Origin: Candidatus Hadarchaeota archaeon
Lineage (GTDB): Archaea; CAYQAE01; CAYVLA01
Assembly: GCA_964452145.1 (NCBI GenBank)
Contig: CAYVLA010000030.1
Coordinates: 1-29,516, forward strand
DNA: 29,516 nucleotides
Reading direction: 5' to 3'
A program made the translations under genes and the position numbers. How positions within the stretch are numbered: position 1 is the stretch's first letter; every line of letters begins with the position of its first letter. Below the pieces are notes generated by a model. That model was not told where the DNA came from and did no database searches. It saw only the letters and a program-made list of their open reading frames with translations. This document shows, piece by piece, positions 1 through 8,404 of the stretch.

Positions 1-864
1 CGCCAGCTCTTCTCCCATCGCTCGCGAAGAAGTCAGAGCATCTATTAAGGTCTTCCGTCGAGCCGAGCCGTCGAGGAGAACTTCATTTCTGATTCTGAGG
101 CAGTCAGCTGTGCGCTCAAGTTAAGTTAGGTGTTAACTGCTGTTGACGCTCATCACCCTGACGGATCAGCGGATCAGAAGAGGTTCGCTACCTAGCTTGG
201 GTCCGGGTCGATCGGGGCGAAGCCAGGAAAAGGCACCAATAAACCCCCGCGAGGCCGATGGACAGGAGGACCCATGCCCAGTAGAGAATGGTCAGAAGCA
301 GGGCCCATGCAAGAGGATAGATGCCGGGGAGAAAGGTCATATGGATGCTTATACTATATACACCAAAAAACGGCTCGACAGCCCTTCTACAAACAGGGAA
401 AACTTTTCGGAAACGGAAAAACGGTCGATAGCTCCGAGAGGACCGGCCATTTTACCCCAAAATCGGCATAGGTTTCCCCATGGCTCGGCTCAAGCAACCC
501 AATGCCCATAGGAGAGTCCTTGTCTAAGCGAATGAAGCCCGGACACAAAAAACCCTCGGTCAAATAACGCCACAGCAACCACCAAATCAGAAAACAAGGC
601 CAGAAAAGTGCGACTCCCGACCCTCTTAAGGTTCCACTCACGGTTGCCCACCGGAGGGTGTGTTTGCCTCGGGTCGAAACTCAGTCACCAGGATGAGACA
701 CTGAAGGTGACGGATAGTTTGCCAGGGAGTGACCCAGCGTTCCTCAGCACCCACTTATAGGCATCTCTCAGGGACAAGATAGCGGAGTTCCACGGGGAGA
801 AGAGGTTTGATCCGGAGAGGAAGGAGGCGCTGGAGGTCTGGATCACCCTCTGCGGAGGCGAGGT

Positions 865-1197
865 GTGGTCAACGTCGGGGCTGGAACATGTGCCTGCGAC
901 CTGAAGAACACGTATGGCCCGATACGAGTATCGACCACTAGCGGATTCGTTGAGACACGCCTAGCCAAGCTCGGTTGCTTCGTGGGCGACCACGCCAAGC
1001 TGGCCGCCGGCACCGTGGCATACCCCGGGAGCAGCGTGGGCGTCGCAAGCCACGTCTACGGGGTCGTCGCGGGAGACGTTCCCTCCTTCACCACTTGGTC
1101 TGGCTATCCGGGGAGTCAGCGGATGGCCCTCACCCTCGACTCGGCCCTGGAGACTCGACGGAGGATGATGGCGAGGAGACGGTTGTTGGTGTCCTGA
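865..1197 (+). pseudogene. Decayed fragment of a left-handed beta-helix (hexapeptide-repeat) protein, resembling the C-terminal part of a sugar nucleotidyltransferase
   Basis: The translation is rich in G/V/A hexapeptide-like repeats (VNVGAGT..GFVETRLAKLGCFVGDHAKLAAGTVAYPGSSVG). All three upstream frames are closed by stops within ~100 nt and there is no plausible N-terminal catalytic domain. A second frame at 782-900 reads like a displaced upstream piece. Confidence 0.25.
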
Positions 1198-1440
1198 TCT
1201 TCATGGGTATCCCAGTTGCTCCAGTCTCTCAATGCTTCCATACCAGCGTGGGGCAACGGCTGGCGGGCGTTCGAGGACGAAGAAAGAGCGATATTTAAGC
1301 CTTCCAGAGACCTTCGGCCTCCAGCCCTATGGGGAACAGGGGTCGAAGGTAGCGTCGGGGCGTGTTCGCGACGCGCCCTGAGCAGGGTCCTTTGATCTCT
1401 CTCAGACCTCTGACGCAGACCCTGTTCGGAGGGAGGGGAG

Positions 1441-1674
1441 ATGAAAGACGACGAGAAAGGCGAGGAGAAAGAGAAGGGGAAGGGCAAGGCGAAGCTAGGC
1501 CCCTATGACATGCTTCAGGTTGTGAGGGAGGAGATCCGTAGGTCGCTGTCCCTCCTAGAAGAGGGAAGCCAAGCGGCAGCCGCTGTTCGGCTCACTCAAC
1601 TGAGGTGGGATCTGGACAGCTTCTTGGGCAACAAGGAAGCGACGCCTTGGACGTGGGTTCGAGTGCGTAGATAA
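1441..1674 (+). CDS. Small hypothetical protein with a K/E-rich N-terminus
   Basis: A 77-aa ORF whose ATG is preceded by a strong purine-rich ribosome-binding site (GGAGGGAGGGGAG). It has no recognisable domain. Confidence 0.3.
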   Translation: MKDDEKGEEKEKGKGKAKLGPYDMLQVVREEIRRSLSLLEEGSQAAAAVRLTQLRWDLDSFLGNKEATPWTWVRVRR

Positions 1675-1802
1675 GCTGCTCAAGCTTCGGTGTGGTCAGC
1701 TTCTGACCCCTGGCGAAACCCCCCTCTCCATAGACCACGTTCCAGAGAAGTGAGTCACCGAGCCACCTTATCCGGGTTAGCCGTACAGGGAAAGTCTGTC
1801 CC

Positions 1803-2129
1803 TCACGAATCTCTCACGTAGGAGATGTCCTCCAAGAGGTCTAAAACCCTCGGTACTTTCTCCCTACAGGAATATCGGATGTACCTATTCACCATGCTTG
1901 CCAGAGATATCTCGTTGAAGGCGGTCATTCCCTGGCATGGCCGGAGGCCCTGCTCCTGAGACCCGTCACAGAACATGGAACCAGGCTCGAGCTCGGACCC
2001 GCAGCTCGGGCACTTCGCCGGCTCCGGCATGGACCTCGGCCCGCAAGCGAGATGTCTGCGGCAACTACCTATATGAATCGGTGACCGGTCTCCGGGCGCT
2101 TCGGAGGCAGATGGCGATGGGGCCGGCAT
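1803..2129 (-). CDS. Hypothetical zinc-ribbon protein
   Basis: The ORF contains a CPSCG...C motif (MPEPAKCPSCGSELEPGSMFCDG). The true start may be the internal Met. Confidence 0.25.
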   Translation of the reverse strand: MPAPSPSASEAPGDRSPIHIGSCRRHLACGPRSMPEPAKCPSCGSELEPGSMFCDGSQEQGLRPCQGMTAFNEISLASMVNRYIRYSCREKVPRVLDLLEDISYVRDS

Positions 2130-2197
2130 GGAGCAATGCCGCGAACTGCCGAGCAGACCGGAGCCATGTCAAACGAGATGCACCCAGATCGTCCCTT

Positions 2198-2641
2198 TCA
2201 GCCGCCCGTCTCACATAGTGCTCTTTCCAGTTCCGAACAAGTCACCGCCCTTACGAACCGGGTCGCTGCTCGTTGCAGCTTCTCGTCCTCGGTTACGAGA
2301 GTGGCCTCCATCGACTCCGCTGCCACGATGTATGAGGCATCGTAGAAGGTCATGCACTCTTCGTGTGCCATCTTTAGCGTGCGGGCCATGTCAAGCCGAC
2401 GGAAGTCAAAGGCCTCGATGATTCCCCGGACCGCCAGCTCCTTGACCGTGACGGCAAGGTCAAGGGCGTCCTCCAGGGATATCTGCCCAAGCAGCCTGGC
2501 AAGTTTCCAGAGGGCGTTGCAGGCCTCATAGATCGCCAGATCGGTCGTAAGGAGGTCCGTACCTGGAGCCTCGGCTATCAGCCGCCTCCCGCGCCCGACG
2601 ATGAGGGGAACCAGCGCTGAGGCGTCGAGAACATACCGCAA
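2198..2641 (-). CDS. vapC: PIN-domain ribonuclease, type II toxin VapC
   Basis: The N-terminus MRYVLDASALV with acidic residues spaced as in PIN domains, a ~147 aa size, and an upstream antitoxin ORF 3 nt away. Confidence 0.8.
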   Translation of the reverse strand: MRYVLDASALVPLIVGRGRRLIAEAPGTDLLTTDLAIYEACNALWKLARLLGQISLEDALDLAVTVKELAVRGIIEAFDFRRLDMARTLKMAHEECMTFYDASYIVAAESMEATLVTEDEKLQRAATRFVRAVTCSELERALCETGG

Positions 2642-2644
2642 GTC

Positions 2645-2869
2645 TCAGTGCGCCTCCCTGTCCTCGCGCACAACCCTGGCCATCAGCTCTGGATCGAGTC
2701 GCCCACCTAGGCGTTCCTTCAGGGATTCGAGCCTGTCAGCCAGTTCCTTCTGTTCCAGCTCCAGGATATGCTTGTCAAGAAGGCTCCTCACTACTTCGCT
2801 GATGTTGACGTTGTATCTGCGAAGCTTCTTCTTCACATCCTCTGGGAGCCTGACCGTGACCACGTCCAT
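2645..2869 (-). CDS. vapB: Ribbon-helix-helix (CopG/VapB-like) antitoxin
   Basis: A 74-aa protein with an N-terminal beta-strand followed by a helix (MDVVTVRLPEDVKKKLRRY...), typical of RHH antitoxins. It sits immediately upstream of the PIN gene. Its upstream region carries TGTCATAC direct repeats. Confidence 0.7.
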   Translation of the reverse strand: MDVVTVRLPEDVKKKLRRYNVNISEVVRSLLDKHILELEQKELADRLESLKERLGGRLDPELMARVVREDREAH

Positions 2870-3018
2870 GCCAGCCCACCGTCAGCATCAACTGTCATAC
2901 GCTGTGTCATACAGCCTGAAAAATCTATCTGGAGCTCTGGCACTCTGCGCATAGGTCTGGAGGAGGCTGCCCAGAAACCGCGCTTCCTCAAACAGATCGC
3001 GGAAAGTGCCTGACATGC

Positions 3019-3097
3019 TGCCGGGGTGACCGAGTGGTTGAAGGTGTCCGGCTGATAGGATGATCAACCCTTGCGGGTTCAAATCCCGCCCCGGCGA
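3019..3097 (+). tRNA. tRNA-like gene with canonical 5' and 3' parts but a non-canonical anticodon region (possible intron, class-II-like, or disrupted/att-site tRNA)
   Basis: The 5' part is canonical: GCCGGGG acceptor strand, U8, A14, the GAGTGGTT D-loop and a 3-bp class-II-like D stem. The 3' part is also canonical: T-arm GCGGG-TTCAAAT-CCCGC followed by CCCGGCG and a discriminator A. A 5' anticodon stem TCCGG with loop CTGATAG (anticodon GAU) is readable, but no complementary 3' strand follows. Instead GGTTGA pairs with TCAACC across the loop. Isotype is not assigned. Confidence 0.5.
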
Positions 3098-3428
3098 CCC
3101 TCTCCGGCACTACACTCATTCTACTGGCACGCAGCAAGTATCCTCCGTGCCCATCCCGCATCCCCCTTGCCGAGTTCGGGAAAGTCGCCGGCTGAGGCCG
3201 AAGTGACAACTCTCTTGACTTTGATTCTTAATTGAAGAAGGAGAACATCTCGTTGGTGTCGGCGACGAGCCTCATTCACATCAAACCCAACCCTCGAAGT
3301 TCCTCCGCCCTACCTCGCTTTATCGCTCGCCCAAGTTCCACCAACTCTTCCTCACCCAATTGGCCTGGGGGATGTGGCCTTGCGGCTCGGCCGGACGCAC
3401 AAGGAGGCGGTCGTTTCCCTCGGGCACC

Positions 3429-3920
3429 CTAGCGCATTCTCGCTTCTATGAATTCGTGGTATCTTCTGACATCTTCCTCGGGGAATGGGTTGACGACGGT
3501 GATCTCTCTCACCTTCGCGAGTTCCCTGTCCAGCGAGAAGACTACCGTTGATCCGAGGCTTCTTGCCAGTGAGATGAGATACCCATCCCAGGACTCCACC
3601 CCGTATGTCGATGCGTAGTCAAGCGCATCCACCGCCATTCGAGGCGTCATGTTGGGGTGGAGAGCCGGTGATCCGGACTCCAGGATTCCCTGGAGTATCA
3701 TCCTGGCGGTCATCCTGGGCACCCTCAAGTAGCGGGTCGCTATGTGGTAGGCTCCGAGCACCACGGAAACCGGTATCACTGCCCTCCTTTCCTGTCTCAA
3801 CGCCTCGGAAATGAAGGCAATGCTGTGGTCCTTCAGAGGGTTATCGAAGCAGGAGGGCATGACTATGCCGGTGTCTACTACTCCCTCAGGATAGGCCCAT
3901 CTTTCTCCTTGCGTATTCAC
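3429..3920 (-). CDS. vapC: PIN-domain protein, VapC-family toxin
   Basis: The N-terminus VVDTGIV resembles the PIN motif. The gene is ~160 aa and overlaps by 35 nt an upstream AbrB-type antitoxin gene. Confidence 0.75.
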   Translation of the reverse strand: MNTQGERWAYPEGVVDTGIVMPSCFDNPLKDHSIAFISEALRQERRAVIPVSVVLGAYHIATRYLRVPRMTARMILQGILESGSPALHPNMTPRMAVDALDYASTYGVESWDGYLISLARSLGSTVVFSLDRELAKVREITVVNPFPEEDVRRYHEFIEARMR

Positions 3921-4173
3921 GGCTCATCCACTTCCAGCTCTCGCTCGGCTCCTCGGTGAAGATCTCTGCCTTGAGGCTTCTGGATAGTTCCTCCCATTCC
4001 TGCACCCTCTTCCTGACATCCACCTGGACGGGCTCGAGGATGACGCTGGAGCCGTCGAGTCGAATGGTGAGTTCTCCCCCGTCCTTGATTCCGAAGGCCT
4101 TCCGCACGTGAGAAGGAAGCACCAGCCTCCCCTGCCTGTCCACTTTTATGGCATCTTCCACATTACTCGCCAT
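3886..4173 (-). CDS. vapB: AbrB/MazE/SpoVT-family antitoxin (VapB-type)
   Basis: The sequence RLVLPSHVRKAFGIKDGGELTIRLDGSSVILEP is a classic swapped-hairpin AbrB/MazE fold. A TATA-like ATTTATGA lies ~25 nt upstream of the ATG on the minus strand. Confidence 0.75.
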   Translation of the reverse strand: MASNVEDAIKVDRQGRLVLPSHVRKAFGIKDGGELTIRLDGSSVILEPVQVDVRKRVQEWEELSRSLKAEIFTEEPSESWKWMSREYARRKMGLS

Positions 4174-4200
4174 ATGGCATGTAGTCGGGGGCTCATAAAT

Positions 4201-4506
4201 GTGAACCCGATCATCTCAACGGGGAACCGGCCCACATCTCCAGGGCTGGAAGGACTGCCCACGCAACAAGAGCAGAAGTGCAGAGAGGCCCTCAAGAGAC
4301 TTGGAGAAGATCCGTTTCGGTCTGGGTCCGAGGGAGACATCAAGAAGCTGGAGGCGGGTCGAGAGACCGCATGGCGGCTGAGGGTAGAACACAGATTCGT
4401 TTACAGGATCTATGAGGACGTGCGGGAAGTGAAGGTGACTGACGCTTTTCCGAGGGGGACGGGGATATCGCCTGTAGCGTGTACGACCGCCGAGGCCGTC
4501 TCCTGA
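4201..4506 (+). CDS. relE: RelE/ParE-family type II toxin (mRNA interferase), apparently orphan
   Basis: The C-terminal part ...DIKKLEAGRETAWRLRVEHRFVYRIYEDVREVKVTDAF matches the RelE/ParE core. I trimmed the annotated 4108 ATG to the in-frame GTG at 4201 to avoid overlapping the convergent vapB. I see no partner antitoxin ORF. Confidence 0.55.
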   Translation: MNPIISTGNRPTSPGLEGLPTQQEQKCREALKRLGEDPFRSGSEGDIKKLEAGRETAWRLRVEHRFVYRIYEDVREVKVTDAFPRGTGISPVACTTAEAVS

Positions 4507-4827
4507 GCAGGTCTTCCGAGGCTTCCCGGTCGTGTGTTCAAAGAGGCCGTTGACCGCGCAGACCTCTGGGGCGTTCCGGGTGAACCTGTTCCTATCCTAG
4601 GCCTCCCATAGGTCTATCCGAGGAGGACTGGAACAGACAGGGATCACCCTCCGCAGCCTCTGTTTCTCCACCACCCGTCCCTGCCCAAGACACGAGAGCG
4701 AGTCGGAGCGCGAACAGCAATGCCATACGCCTGATCAATTCCAGGAGAGGTGTCGGAATCCCCGGCGGGCGGATGAACCACAACCCAGTCCGAACCCAGG
4801 TACTCGGGCCGTGGCCCGTGCCGGACG

Positions 4828-5226
4828 CTAGCGAAGCGGGATCGCGTCCCGCTCTGATACCAGGTGGGAGTCGCCTGTAAGGATCCTGGCATCGACCTTC
4901 TCGGAGCTTCTCAGGATGATGGCGTCAATGAGCCCGAAGCCGGGGATATCCCTTCTCCTCATCTTGAGGGCCCCCGCCTCGGACATCTCCCCCGCATCCA
5001 AGGTTACGAGGATCGAGTTAGCCAGTATGAAGTTCTCGATCTGGATCCAGCTCAGGCGGGTCTGGAGCCCGCCCCTGTGGAAGACGTCCGAGATCTCGGC
5101 TAGGCTCAGGATCGATGTGTAGACCTGGCACTCCCGGTCCTCCAAGAAGCGCCTTGCGGACTCGCCCTTCTCTGAGCCCTCCAGGTACTCGACCCACGCG
5201 CTGGTGTCGAAGAAGATGGCCTTCAA
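4828..5226 (-). CDS. vapC: PIN-domain ribonuclease, VapC toxin
   Basis: The motifs MKAIFFDTSAWVEYL and GFGLIDAIIL, with conserved acidic residues. It overlaps the upstream antitoxin ORF by 4 nt. Confidence 0.8.
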   Translation of the reverse strand: MKAIFFDTSAWVEYLEGSEKGESARRFLEDRECQVYTSILSLAEISDVFHRGGLQTRLSWIQIENFILANSILVTLDAGEMSEAGALKMRRRDIPGFGLIDAIILRSSEKVDARILTGDSHLVSERDAIPLR

Positions 5227-5417
5227 AGCCTGTCCTCGTGCTCCCTTCCGTAGCTCGTGCTCAGCCCCTTGACCCCGCCGAAGAGGGATTTCGGTATGTC
5301 CATATCCTTCCTTGCGATTCCACCCAGCAGATCGTCAAACGACCTGGCTCCCCTCTCCTCCTTCAGCCTCTCCAGCATCCTTCGGGTTGCCTGGCTGACG
5401 TTAATGGTCGTTGACAT
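5223..5417 (-). CDS. vapB: VapB-type antitoxin (64 aa); only the C-terminal part of the annotated 273-aa ORF
   Basis: MSTTINVSQATRRMLERLKEERGARSFDDLLGGIARKD has antitoxin-like size and charge and overlaps vapC by 4 nt. Upstream of the Met the long ORF is P/G/R-rich antisense-like sequence. A tandem TG(T/C)AAT hexamer array abuts the start codon. Confidence 0.55.
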   Translation of the reverse strand: MSTTINVSQATRRMLERLKEERGARSFDDLLGGIARKDMDIPKSLFGGVKGLSTSYGREHEDRL

Positions 5418-5946
5418 TGTAATTGTAATTGCAATGCAACAATGTATCCATCGCCCATCGCGCATCGCCCGTGGTCCATTCCGGGTCCTCCAAGTCGAGC
5501 CGACGAGATCCGTTGAGAGGGGCTGCCCACAATGCCACGGATCTGCCGGTCCGTTCCCGGGGGTCGAGGAGGCCCGACCCTGGTTCTGGGCCCTCTGCAG
5601 GCTGGCACAGGTCCTTGACATTGCTCCCCCTTCGTGGAACGATTGACATGCTGGGATTATCACGCCTGGCCTTGGCCCAGTTGACCGCCCAGGCTGGATC
5701 GTCCAGGCCTTGAACACGGGCCCGGAGGAATCGGGTCCCCCCTCAAAGAAAGCCCCTCGGACTAATAATGTTGGTCCTGTCCCCTGATATGCGTGCGCAC
5801 CCGGATGGAACCCCCAGTCTGGGCATCTCACCGTTGTTGGGCCGGATGCCTTCCCAAACCTTGGCACAGCCCGACCGAATGGCAAGGTGATACTGGCGAT
5901 CCTGATCCAGGGCGATTTATATGGCCGAGCGCCTCTATTGAAGTAG

Positions 5947-6138
5947 ATGTCCTCAGCAGAAGTCATGGAAGCTCTGCGCCAAGTGAATACCAAACTCGAC
6001 GTGATCCTGGTCAGACTAGGGGCGCTGGAGGGAAGGATACTCAAGGTCGAGGAGCCCGAGCCCGAGGACGTTGACGCCTATCTGGAGGCGGAAGTAGAGC
6101 TGAGGAAAGGCGAGCTGAAACCCTTCAAGAGACGCTAG
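5947..6138 (+). CDS. Small antitoxin-like protein upstream of relE
   Basis: A 63-aa helical acidic protein ending 6 nt before the RelE gene. A TTTATATG TATA box lies ~45 nt upstream. Confidence 0.5.
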   Translation: MSSAEVMEALRQVNTKLDVILVRLGALEGRILKVEEPEPEDVDAYLEAEVELRKGELKPFKRR

Positions 6139-6144
6139 AAGCCG

Positions 6145-6442
6145 ATGTCCTTCACCTTGTACATGACCAGCAGGGCCTCGAGGCAGTTGGAGAGCCTGCC
6201 CACGGACGCAAGGGACAGGATCTGCTCCAGGATTGAGCCGCTCATGGCCAACCCTTTTCCCAGAGATACCGCGAAGCTAAAGGGCCTCGCGGATGCCTAC
6301 AGACTGAGAGTCGGCCAAATACCGCGTCCTGTACAGGGTGGCCTGGGAGGAGAAGGCTGTCGTCATTTTCAGGATAGCTCCCAGAATTTGTGGGGATGAT
6401 CCGCTGTGCAAACTGCGGTCGAGAGACGGATCAGAAGCTTGA
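6145..6442 (+). pseudogene. relE: RelE/ParE-family toxin gene with an internal frameshift
   Basis: The annotated frame gives MSFTLYMTSRASRQLESLP...AYRLRVGQ and then degenerates. Shifting +1 near 6318-6325 (the caaata run) restores a canonical RelE C-terminus, YRVLYRVAWEEKAVVIFRIAPR..., which ends at 6442. Confidence 0.6.
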
Positions 6443-6488
6443 CCTCTTCGAAGCCTGAGGAGGTGCGGACGGCCGAGGGCATAACCAG

Positions 6489-6522
6489 GGACTTGCTAGG
6501 AAACAGGACTTGCTAGAAAACA
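6489..6522 (+). repeat. Tandem direct repeat, 2 x 17 bp: GGACTTGCTAG(G/A)AAACA
   Basis: I read the two copies directly at 6489-6505 and 6506-6522 with one mismatch. They lie ~95-125 nt upstream of the 6615 ORF. Confidence 0.6.
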
Positions 6523-6614
6523 GTGAAAAGATACACACGAGCTACCGATTTGTTGGGGTTTTCACAAAAGACAGCGGGCCAAAGCAACGATAGTTTTAAG
6601 GAATCCGGGTCAGG

Positions 6615-7073
6615 GTGATGCGGACTTACAAGTCCGCGAGTCCTCCCAAACAGTATGTGGGAGGGAAAGAAGCCCCTGCTCAGGGGTTGGAAGGAGGTGT
6701 TGCAGTGAAAGAACCAAGCAGCAAAGAACGGTCAGAATCCGCTGGAAAGGCTCCAGTCAAACTAGCTTCCAAGAAGAAGCCAAGGGAAGTCGGTCAGAAG
6801 GGAGTGATGGCCAAGGTCCGGGCCGCCGAAAGGGAGAGGAAGCGGTTCGCACAGGACGCCAAGGAGATGAGACAGGATGCGAGAAAGATATCTGACGGTG
6901 CCCAGGACTTCTCCCGGAGCATCGCGGCGAAACGCAAAGAGATCCACGCGGGCGCCACCACGATTGTGGACCAGGCAAAGGCAATCGTGGAGGCGGGCAT
7001 CGGATTCCAGAGGGATATTCTTAGATACTGTCAGGAAGTGGGAACCTTCGTCAACGATTTCTACTTTGGCTAA
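6615..7073 (+). CDS. Hypothetical protein (basic N-terminus, helical C-terminus)
   Basis: A 152-aa ORF that is the first gene of a plus-strand cluster. A TATA-like AGTTTTAAGG lies ~25 nt upstream. I recognised no domain. Confidence 0.45.
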   Translation: MMRTYKSASPPKQYVGGKEAPAQGLEGGVAVKEPSSKERSESAGKAPVKLASKKKPREVGQKGVMAKVRAAERERKRFAQDAKEMRQDARKISDGAQDFSRSIAAKRKEIHAGATTIVDQAKAIVEAGIGFQRDILRYCQEVGTFVNDFYFG

Positions 7074-7750
7074 CCTAGCGCCGCTATGGCATTCGCGCGA
7101 CCGCGACCGTTCCTCTCACTTTGACGGCAGGGCTGATTTGCAGTGATCCACTATCTGCAATTTCGCAACATCGCTTAGGCTAACCGAGAAACGAGGTGAT
7201 GACGGTTGTACGCATCCAACGGAAAACGGACGAGGATCCCCGGCCTAGAACTCGCGGAGAGGGCCTGGATACAGACTGACAGGTCCGAGGCTCGCAGGCA
7301 GAGGCTGCTCAGGCAGACGGCAAGAATCCTCAGACAGCGAATCCTGGAAGGGGAAAGGTCCCGAGGGTTCACGGTCAGGACAGAGGACACCCTGACCCGG
7401 GAACGGACAGATCCGGCGGACAGGCCTCCCAGCAGTGAGAATCAGACAGTCTTGAGCCAAGGGAAAGCCACGGTGCCAAGGATTCGGCGCGATGAGTCGA
7501 TAGGAAGCATAAGGAGCGCAAGATGGGAAAGAAGACAAGCGAGATGGAATCGCAGAATGGCCCTCTTGGATCAACGCCTGAGGCTGAAGGCCGAAAAGAG
7601 AGGGCCAGACAAGCCAATCGAGATGCAGACCAAGTACTAGCACATCCTCTACAAGAAGCGCAATTGGTTGCTCGCGCCGGAACCTCTTCGCGGCCCCAAG
7701 CAGTAGGCCCGGTCCGCAATGCGGGGTCCTCGCGACTGAGGCAAACTACG

Positions 7751-7790
7751 AACGAAATATTTATATTTCCGAACGCATTTCGTATATTAC
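7751..7790 (+). promoter_or_regulatory. Archaeal promoter with two TATA boxes embedded in nested palindromes, upstream of the Hsp20 gene
   Basis: AAATATTTATATTTCC (TTTATAT TATA preceded by the BRE-like CGAAA) and TTTCGTATATTACC. GAAATATTTATATTTC is a perfect 16-bp palindrome flanked by CGAACG direct repeats. The AGGAGA ribosome-binding site lies 9 nt before the ATG at 7835. Confidence 0.5.
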
Positions 7791-7834
7791 CGTACAGGCA
7801 ACCTGTCGGAGCGAACGTGTAGGAGAAAGCTACA

Positions 7835-8326
7835 ATGACGGAAAGAAGGCAAGAGGAGGACAGGCCGGTTGTGGACATCGGCCTTAACCTGGGAGGCATC
7901 TTCAAGGGGATCGGCGACCTGATCGATCTGGTATCCAAGATGCCCGAGTCGGAGCTCGGGGAAAGCCGCCAGGTGACCAAGGGGGTCTACGGCTTTCAGG
8001 TAAAGGTCGGATGCGCCGGAAGGCCCCTGAGCATCGAGAGGTTTGGCACCCTGAAGCCCCGGACCCCAACAGGCGGAGAAGAAGTGAGGGAGCCCCTCGT
8101 TGACATCTTCGACCAGGGATCCGAGATAGTCGTGATCGCGGAGGTCCCGGGAGTCGAGGAGAAGGACATCAAGATCGAGGTCAAAGAACGCGAGCTGAGG
8201 ATCTCGGCGGAGGGGGAGGGGCGGAAGTACGATAAGACAAGCCAACTCCCGGCGAAGGTGGCCGATGACAGGAAGGTTTCCTGCAGGAACGGCGTCCTCG
8301 AGCTCAGGATGAAAAAGGCAGAATAG
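7835..8326 (+). CDS. Hsp20/alpha-crystallin-family small heat-shock protein (GvpH-like)
   Basis: The alpha-crystallin-domain signature VDIFDQGSEIVVIAEVPGVEEKDIKIEVKERELRISAE...NGVLELRM. It sits adjacent to the gas-vesicle cluster. Confidence 0.8.
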   Translation: MTERRQEEDRPVVDIGLNLGGIFKGIGDLIDLVSKMPESELGESRQVTKGVYGFQVKVGCAGRPLSIERFGTLKPRTPTGGEEVREPLVDIFDQGSEIVVIAEVPGVEEKDIKIEVKERELRISAEGEGRKYDKTSQLPAKVADDRKVSCRNGVLELRMKKAE

Positions 8327-8404
8327 GCTCACCCCCGCTCTAGGAAGGGCAGGCAGGAAACCGTAGGATCCACCCACCACCGTCAGCCAGCTGGTGAAGG
8401 AGAG

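Noticed and set aside
2988-3209. A 73-aa ORF on the minus strand
   Set aside because: It overlaps the tRNA-like gene and has no support.
4108-4200. The annotated ATG start of the RelE ORF at 4108
   Set aside because: It would overlap the convergent vapB gene by 66 nt. The RelE homology begins after an in-frame GTG at 4201.
5223-6044. A 273-aa minus-strand ORF
   Set aside because: Only the last 64 codons look protein-like and abut vapC, so I call those the VapB antitoxin. The upstream 200 codons are P/G/R/S-rich and start-less, and they overlap the promoter of the divergent antitoxin/relE pair.
7206-7822. R-rich ORFs (144 aa and 99 aa) in the 7080-7830 gap
   Set aside because: The 99-aa ORF has a good AAGGAG ribosome-binding site but reads through the Hsp20 TATA boxes. 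The 144-aa ORF is an arginine-rich low-complexity frame. No domain is evident, so I left this as possibly non-coding regulatory space.
7375-8380. Minus-strand ORFs of 201 and 197 aa overlapping the Hsp20 gene and its promoter
   Set aside because: They are antisense to the well-supported Hsp20 gene and run across its TATA boxes.
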